A DNA stretch of 64,000 nucleotides from Minutocellus sp. GHC0000111. Taxonomy: Eukaryota. Positions 56,032 through 64,000 of the stretch are shown here, piece by piece; positions within the stretch are counted from its first letter, which is position 1, and each line of letters opens with the position of its first letter. Both the position numbers and the translations under genes were made by a program. The DNA lies in the NCBI GenBank assembly GCA_977018835.1, contig OZ361258.1, positions 3,410,001-3,474,000 on the forward strand. The letters run 5' to 3'. The notes beneath the pieces were generated by a model. The model had not been told where the DNA came from. It ran no database searches and saw nothing but the letters and a program-made list of their open reading frames with translations.

Positions 56032-57421
56032 ATGGAAGCTGTGTTCTCCGAGATCAAGAAGTGCCGCGTGGGTGACGACTCGGTGGGGGGGGGCTGCTTC
56101 AGTCATCCCCGTTTCGACGGATCCAGTCCTCTCTCCCGAGACTTCGCCCTCGAACAACCCTGTCGAAGGGATTGGAATGGCATCGGTGGCATCATCTAGA
56201 GCACCATCCCGTATCAATGACTATGTATGTCCTGACGACGACGATGACGACGACTTTGGCGAGAACTTCCTTCAAAACGAGCTCGCAAGCATGGGTGAGG
56301 ACGCCGTGGAGTTCTGGAAAAAGATTCAGGAGCGAGATGCCAGACAGCGTCAGGAAGAGACTCGAGCTCAGACCATTGAGCTCAAGCTTGAGTCCAGGCG
56401 CCAGGCCGCTGAGACGATGAACCACAACCAACAGCTTCAGAGTGAGGTAATGGGAGGAATCGAGCAAAATGCGGAGAGTCTGGAAGAGATACGTTCTGAA
56501 ATGCGTACCTTTGCGGAGGCATCGACAGAGGCGATGCGCGCCAGTCGCAATGGCGATACCGTGGTGAAGCTGAGGGACTCGGCCATTAAGAACAAGCAGT
56601 TGAAGAAGAGAAATGCGGAATTGGAGAATGAAAAGGAGGCACTGGCAAATGAGAACGAGGAACTTAAGAGGAAGCTTGCCGCTGCCGCGGGCAACACTGA
56701 TGGTGCTGTCGATCCCAACGCAGATAACGATACCTCTCTTGGCGGAATTGATCTGCTCGATACATTCGATGCTCATGCGGATGCTTCGAACGCCCCTAAT
56801 TCAAATGCCACTACAGCTGCTGCTGCTGCCTTCACCGCCGACGAGGATTCCGACGACGACGAAGACGGAGATTTTGCTTACTCTAGTATCGATGAGGACA
56901 AGTGCGACGTCAAGTGCGAAGATAACAACGGGTCCAATGATGTTCTGGGTCGCGCAAAGGCCGCGGAAGAGACTTCTATCCGCCGCCAGAAACTGGCTCG
57001 TCAAGACCGCGACGTTGCCGAATATGAGAAGAAGACTTTGCCCGGTGCGCCCACTTCTTTTCCTAACGTGTCCTCGAAGATCGATACCGGACCCGCTGCT
57101 TCGGCTACTATCAAAAAGGACTCCTCTAAAACGACGATGATTCCTGCCTCTAACCAAAAGAAAACTTGTCTTCGTCCCCCCTTGTGCCCCCCATCTACAA
57201 AGAAGGCCAGTGATTCTGGTGATGGTACCTCCTTCTCTACCCCCGCTCGTCGAGGACTCAACAGAGGCGTAGGTTCGAGTGCAGGTGGAAGGAGTTCCAG
57301 GAGCACTCGAAGCACTAGGTCGGCGACAAAGAGGGCGGCTGGTACCGTTGGGGAGTCGCCAAGTGAAGGCCCTCAGCTCAAGAGGGCCCGACGCTCTCCC
57401 CGGTCCGCCTCGACAAAGTGA
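56032..57421 (+). CDS. Coiled-coil / low-complexity hypothetical protein (frameshift in G-run near 56090)
   Basis: ATG at 56032 (MEAVFSEIKKCRVGDD, similar to IKERLGDD of the paralog) joins ORF 56072-57421 across a G9 run. Confidence 0.65.
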
Positions 57422-58430
57422 GCACCCATCTTCAAAGCAAAATGAGCGAATGGCAAAGTCAAAAAAAAAGTAAGCAAGAGAAAATGGCAAGTAAGCTAGC
57501 GGGCAAAGGCGGCAACAACAGTGTGTGTGTGGTAAGAGGATAGAGGTAGATATAAGTGGTGATGCTGCGCGAAACCTGAACGATATCGTAAAATACGTTG
57601 GATAGATTGGGCGATAGGACGAATAACGAATTGATCTTAGAGGCGAGGAAAAGTCAGTTGACTGGCTAGAGTGTAAGACAAGAATTAATAAGAAGTAAGT
57701 AGTAGAGTAAAAGGGTTCCTAGGTATTCTTATTGCACCGTAGGTAAACATCTACTGGACACATCGCCTTGATCTCTGACGGGCGAATCGTATGCGCAACT
57801 ACAATTCCAGCGACGACATGGGCGAGGTAGCGGTCTTCGCCAGACTCTGATGTATGTCCACTAGCTGCTCAGGATCCACTCCCGATCCTGAAGGTTGTTC
57901 CAGGGACAATCAATGCTTTGGCTTGCTCGAGCAAAGTCTCTGCCTGGGTTGGTGGGAACTTGAAATACCCATCGAGTCCAATCTCGCGGATGGCACATTG
58001 GAAAAATGTTTCCGATGTGCAGGCCTGGTATGCAGAGCCGAGAAGCAAGTGGGCGATGTTCCGATTGTTTGAACGTGATTTGAGGTTGGGACAGAACCTC
58101 AAAACGAGCTCTAATCTAGCCTTGCTCGGATCACTATGGGGGGTCATACAAACATTGAGAAACCCACGATTGCCTCGAGAAGAAGATCTTCTTTGCTGGA
58201 AGGAACGCGAAGCAAAAGATGCGAAGCAATCTCCTCGGCGATTGGCGGGCAATTGGAGGGATCAACTCAGAATTCGTGTAGCACAGTCATGAGATCCATC
58301 AGCGCCAACGCTGCATTTCCGTCATCGCCGTGGATCATCCTCTGAAACTTACTTGTTGCTGTTGTCAAAAGAAGAATTCTTACTACATATTGGGTATTCT
58401 TGGACTAGACTAACAATAGAGGCGGTCCAA

Positions 58431-61400
58431 TCAATCTTTTCTCCGTGCTTCTATCGCACTCAACATGGCCTTCCTTGGATCGACCCCACCAACAATATCA
58501 CGGCTCCTAATGGCGCCGAGCAAGGCCGCATGTGGGTCGGCTGGAGCAGGTACTGCTACTGTAGCTACTGTTGGGGCTGCTACTGGGGCCTGCAGTGGTT
58601 CGTCATCGGCGACGCTAGCAATGACTGTGTCAGGGGGCCGAGATTGGTCTTCGTCGTTGCTATTGCTCTGCTCTTTATGCTGCCTCTGCTGTTGGTGCTG
58701 CAATTCCTGAATCTCCTCGTCCTCCATCTTCTTGCCACAACCGTTCTTTCGGCACTTGGCCATTGATGCGTCGGCGGCGGCAGCAAGCTTCAAGGTAGTA
58801 GCAAAGAGCTCATCAGTCTGACTCAAAAAGTAGGTAGAGTATTCGAAAGAAATGGGTGAGATTGGGCAGCTGGTTGATTATGCCTACGTAGGATTTTACA
58901 TTGCTCGCTTTTTGCTTACCTTCATTGCTTTTTCTCCGCTCTGTGGAAGTCCCAGGGAGGAGAAGACGGCTGATACCTTCTCCTTTGCTGCGTGGACGGC
59001 TGCCCGAGTCTCCTCCATGAGAGGCTGAGCATTCTCAAGAAAATCACTGGCGTTTGGAATGAACATGTCTCCAGTTTCGCCCCCCTCGCTCGATCGCTGC
59101 TTCTCGATAGAAAGCTCCTTCGTGATCCTCTTTATTCCTTTATGTAGGACCTCCAACTCTTGAAGAATGTACTCCAGATCAATCCGTTCTGCAATCTTAA
59201 CGCACCCAAGCGTAGGAACAATTGGATGTACTTCGTCACCATTCCACCCGAGTAAGTTAATGATTGCCACGTCCATCGTCGATGCGCTCTTGCCTTTCTT
59301 CAGAGCGGCCTCGAATAGAGTACCAAGGAGGACAGCCTGGACGGCCCTGCCGCTGCGGGCTTTGGAGTTCTCGTTCATAATGTTGCCGACGCTCAGCAGG
59401 CTAAGGAGGAGCCTTCCGATGGCCTCGTTATCACAAATCTCGACACAAGCGGCAAGCATCTTGTTTGCCATCTCGCGGAGATCGTCGATACCCTCATCAA
59501 ACCGTTGCACAAAGCAAAACATTTCAAGCTTTTCCAGAAAACGGTTCTTTTCCTTTATGGTGATGTGGATGAAACGATCTGGTCTACAGAGGTCGGCAGG
59601 GTCGCCCGAGAACTCTCGAATGGCCTTCACCTCGGTCCGATCTATTGTTTGGAGAAGAGTCAAGAGACTCTCAGCCCGTTCCAGTGTTACGACGGGACCA
59701 CTCTCAAGGAAGAAACCAAATGGACCACGTCATACATGTTGGCAACACCCGCCATGGAAAAAGGCTTCATGGTGATGCTGGTATTGTTCGCCCACTTGGT
59801 ACTGAGGATCATTTGGCCATTATCCGCTGGCATGGCCTGCGACACCACTACCATGCTCTTGCTCTTGGCTTCAAAGTTCTCCTCAATCATCTTGAGGGCT
59901 TCTGGACTGACAAAAGGATTGGTATCAGAATTCCAAAACGACCCAGGATAGCTCGCCACCGACTCTGTCAGAGCATCCCAATGAAGGGGGGTAGTCGTAA
60001 CAGTGGTCTTCTGACCGGTTATCACCTTGGGCTCGAGAGGTTTCTTCTTTGGCTGCTCCTCGGACTTCTTCAGTAGGTGCTCTTGGCTTTTGTAGGATTT
60101 TTCCGGATCGAGGTCGAGGATGGCCGGATCGACGTTCTCTTGTACCATTTTGTGCTTAATGGCTGGAACCGGAATTTTCACTTTCATCATCTTGAAGAAC
60201 TTTGAATACTTTTCGTCGTCCTTCAAGGGTTCACCGGTATCGACGGTAGCGCTGGAGCTCACATCATTACTCGCCTTTTCTTCTGCCACATTAGCCGCAG
60301 TGTCGGATGGCCCGGGAGTACCCGTGTTATCTCCACCCACAACATTGGCGGGCATGTTGCTCGAAAGCTTGTCGGATGGTTGGTCTTTAATCGCTGCCCT
60401 TTTCTTCGTCTCTACGCCGAGATTCCCCGTCGTAAGAGCAGCCGACTTTTCGCCAGATACTACAGGAGTGCCCACCGAGGAGGAGGAAGAGTAGGAGGAG
60501 GACGGCGGCGGCGGCAGGGACAAGGGTGTGGGAGCTCCCTCACGAAAACCTCCTGCGCTTTCGGTGAGACCTCCAGCGTTCTCGGTGAAAACGTCGTTTG
60601 GAGTTGAACATCCCTGGATTTCACGCTTCTGTAGACGGAGACATTGTTCGGCTCGGTACTGATTTCTCGCGAGCCCAGTTAAATTCAATACATCAGCCTG
60701 CTCTTTCACTGCTCTCAGATGCCGCACACCGTCCTTGATGATACTAGCAATGCCTGACATTCCCTCTTGTCGAGCAATTTGCAGGGCTCCACTACCATCA
60801 AAAGACTCATCTGCCAGCGATGACGCGCTCAATAGATCAAGCATACACCTGATACTCTTTCTACGAAAGGAGGAATCATTCCTGCCATGTCGACCAGCCG
60901 CAACGGCAATCATGAGGGGAGTACGGCCGCGAAGGTCTGCAACGCTGAGCAAAGAAGGGTCTGATGCTTCTAGTAAAATGCTGAGGATCATCGGGTCGCC
61001 CGTCTTGGCTGCAACGTGGACGGCGGTCTGGCCGGTCGATCCTACCATGCTACTAACGTTGGCTCCTCTCTCGATGCAAAGCCTCCTCACCACTGAAAAA
61101 ATTCCCGCAGATACAGCATGGTGGAGAGGCGTCATGCTGCTTTCGTCCATGCAGTTTAGAAGGGCTTCGACGTACGGTTGGCCTTCACTGGCAGCGGCAT
61201 AATCAAGCAAACGTCGGAGAAGATCAACCCCCCCACCCTCCACCGCAGCATGGATGGCCGTCTGAGAAGCATCGGGAGGGTCAAGTGTCGCATTCCTGAG
61301 TAAAATGATATTGACAATGTCCCAATGCCCCCGTCGGCATGCCAGGAGCAAGATGGTATCGCCGTTATCGGCAACCACCGTATCAACTGAGTGTCCTTGG

Positions 61401-62017
61401 CAAAAGGAGTGCATTAGGGCAGTAACATCTCCAGTTTCAGAAGCTCGCCGGGCCAATCGCCCAATATCCGCTGGATTGCGAGCAGTCGGGTGATCAACAA
61501 TACCTCCTTGTCGCTCCAGCAATGCTTTCTCATGGCGACATTTCCACCTCATGAGATATTGAATGCACTCAAAGAAGATAGAGGACGTACTGGTGCTCAT
61601 GGTAAAATGAAATGTACGAGTAAACGTATCCGAGCTACTGTCCAGAGGGGTCCCAAACTCGAGTGCAAAGGAATTCCCGTCGCCACCGTCGCCTCCATCG
61701 CGCTGGAAGGACACTATGTCCGAGAGTCGTATGGGCAGTGTCGAGTCTATGTCATCTGCACCACTTTGCTGTTTCCATTCTAATGCAAGAGGGATGGACA
61801 AAGATGCTAAGGTACCAACACCATTGCCCCTACCAATTGAAGAATCATTGACGAGCACTACCTCAAGGCCCGTACCACTCCTCTTCTTACTCCTTGCACA
61901 ATGCCTCCGAAGTGTCAAAGAGCTCAATGATCCAGAACGAGAATCTGTCACCACAATTGGTGTGGCCAAAAGCCTTGGCACGTGAAGCAGCTTTTTCCTC
62001 CCGTTGTTCGAGCCCAT
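58431..62017 (-). CDS. Ankyrin-repeat formin-like protein (FH2-like, WH2-like tail); exons 62017-58920 (frameshift near 59700) and 58817-58431
   Basis: Ankyrins GDTILLLA, QTAIHAA, MTPLHHA, GQTAVHVA, GRTPLMIA. KYSKFFKMMKVKIPVPAIKHKM module. FH2-like LHWDAL and LLSVGNIMN. Canonical intron 58919-58818. C-terminal AALLGAIRSR / AMLSAIEARR. Confidence 0.75.
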
Positions 62018-62920
62018 GGGTGCTTCGATTTATTTAAGACTGGCTGATTAGAAAGACGTGAGAAATGGGTTGTTTCTGAATGATGCTGCGAGCCTGCCGG
62101 CCATACAAATTGCCATAGTGACAAGGAAATGTGACGTCACATAGAAGGAACCCTTTTCTCACGTCTTTCTATTCAGCCAGTCATATTTCTGCATGTGGGA
62201 GGCGGTGTTGTGAGTGATGCCAGTCTTATGGTCGCACTCAAAATGATGCGAGTAAAAAAACACATAAAAGGATGGCAGGCACAACAGATGAAACGGAAGT
62301 ATGTTACAGTAGTTGTAGATGTGCATGTAGATTCCCTAACGTAGTAGAAGTCACATATCAACAGAGAGGCAGGCACCTCGTTGTACGGTTCATGTTCGAG
62401 TCCGCTTCGCATTCAAGAGGATAGAGCGATTCATTCACCAGTTGAAACCGTCAAACCGTCGCAGCCAGCGCTGCTGTAGGCGCGCCAGGCACTTGGCTGC
62501 CCACGCTAGCTAGTAGATTGATTTGAGACGTCGGCTCCATCGCCTCGACGATGACCGACGATTCAAAGACATGCTTGATGTCGGTAGCATGAATAATATG
62601 CGCTGCGTTTCGTCTTTGCATCTCCGGCAATTGGCAAAATGTCAGAGAACAGCACACCGTCACCGCCAACACTAGTTCTGGTGTGCCCGCCACCAGCAGC
62701 CACCGGCAGGCAAAGGCATCTCATGGCGAGATGGAATGAGGCAGGTTGCAGTTCAAGATTCTTCGCTCATGAGGTTGGATGGCTAGCAAACCTCGCCGTC
62801 GGCGAAGGCGATGACGGAGCCGGCGACTGCCGGTCATGGTGTATCGTTTCGTCGTCGTCAGCAGTCGTCGTCACTCGTCGCTGCTACTACCGCCCCTCAG
62901 ATACCAGCAGTCAGATTCGC

Positions 62921-63923
62921 ATGCACATGCGTTCGTCTCTCCTCCTCGTCGTTGCCGTTGCCACTATTTCCCTCTCCTCAATCGCCTTTGCCAGAGCCTG
63001 GTCCCTCGGCTTCGTCAACTGCTCGACGACTGGCATTCCTCGGCTCAGCCCGACGTGCTGCTTTCTGGTTGGGCCGCAGCCAAAGCACCATCACCGCTAG
63101 CACCAATACCAGCAGCACCAGCATGTCAAGTGCTCAAGACGATCGGATACTGGACTCCCCGTCCGCCCAGCGGAACAAGGATCCCATCCTATCGATTCTC
63201 AAAGCGCAAGTGGTACCGCTTCTTCGCGACGGTGACGCATCAAGTACTCAAAAGACATCCCTGACGGTCCTCGAGGTGGCGGCCGGATGTGGCGTCCACA
63301 CTTTGCACTTTGCCCGGGGCCTCGTAACCGCGGCAACATCAGCAGATGAAGATGGTGAGGGGAATAAAGTGGAAGCATGCACGTGGTATCCCACCGATCC
63401 CAGCGCCACCAGCCGAGAGTCCATCGATGCGCGCGTGGCCGCTGCGTTGGCCGCCGATGATGACGATGACGAGGAGTCATCCCTGCCCCCCACGGTGACC
63501 ATTCGACCGGCCCAATCCCTCACGCTGGACGCCGACGGCATCATCGAGGGTCGCAACATCGACGGTGGAACATCCTCCCTGCCCAACCCCACAGCGGACA
63601 TTGGTCCCAGCTCCCTCGATCTCATCACCAACATCAACATGATCCACATATCGCCGTGGACAGCCACGCTGGGTCTGATGAAGACATCCTCGGAATTGCT
63701 CCGACCTGGCGGGATACTGTACTGCTACGGACCCTACAAGGTCAACGGCACGGCGGTGGAGTCCAACCTGAACTTTGACCAATCGCTCCAGTCTCGAGAT
63801 GCCTCGTGGGGTGTGAGGGATTTGGAGGAGGTCATCAAGGAAGCCGAGAGGAGGGGGTTGAGGCACGTCCAGACGGTGGAGATGCCGGCCAACAACCTGA
63901 GCGTCATTTACCAGAAGCTGTAA
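62921..63923 (+). CDS. METTL26: METTL26/DUF938-family methyltransferase with bipartite presequence (frameshift near 63005)
   Basis: SPSAQRNKDPIL, VLEVAAGCGVH, NMIHISPW, YGPY, NFDQSL, WGVRDL, EMPANN. Signal peptide MRSSLLLVVAVATISLSSIAFARAW joins the main ORF if one C is added to a C-run. Confidence 0.88.
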
Positions 63924-64000
63924 AGAAATTGCGCATGCGCTACATGTAGATTATCCAAACGTTGAATGTGAGTAGTGCTATTGGTTTTGCTACCGTATTG

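Noticed and set aside
57860..58340. Protein-like minus-strand fragments downstream of the formin-like gene
   Set aside because: Multiple stops and frame changes with no recognisable family; too weak to call.
1..64000. tRNA, rRNA or prokaryotic operon/defence systems
   Set aside because: None recognisable. Spliceosomal introns and gene content show a eukaryotic nuclear locus.

Overview
Gene-dense eukaryotic DNA with short GT-AG introns, most likely from a diatom. This is inferred from frustulin-type CxGDCD domains, bipartite signal+F/W plastid-type presequences and diatom-type orphan families. Bases 1-16.4 kb hold a five-copy array (A-E) of a secreted modular protein: signal peptide + LRGS/RxL propeptide, two frustulin-like acidic Cys-rich (ACR) domains, a bacterial-looking beta-propeller-type domain, then (copies B, C, E) a Pro/Thr/Ser linker and charged tail, Lys/Ser/Gly-rich at the end in B and C. 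The array shows gene conversion, a 2-nt intron slide, a shared upstream element and lesions in all four complete copies. Two DNA transposons with TIRs and TSDs were found: a 1.5-kb GAG..CTC element with a TAGA TSD, and a 2.3-kb mariner-like DD38D element with a TA TSD. The rest is mostly housekeeping: RluA-type pseudouridine synthase, kinases, DUF501, MDP-1, a SNARE, PMS2, an esterase, GT32, an ankyrin-formin and METTL26, plus orphan coiled-coil and beta-solenoid genes. About a dozen frameshifts, mostly in homopolymers or microsatellites, suggest assembly indel errors, so pseudogene calls are provisional. All family assignments come from motif recognition by eye; no searches were run.
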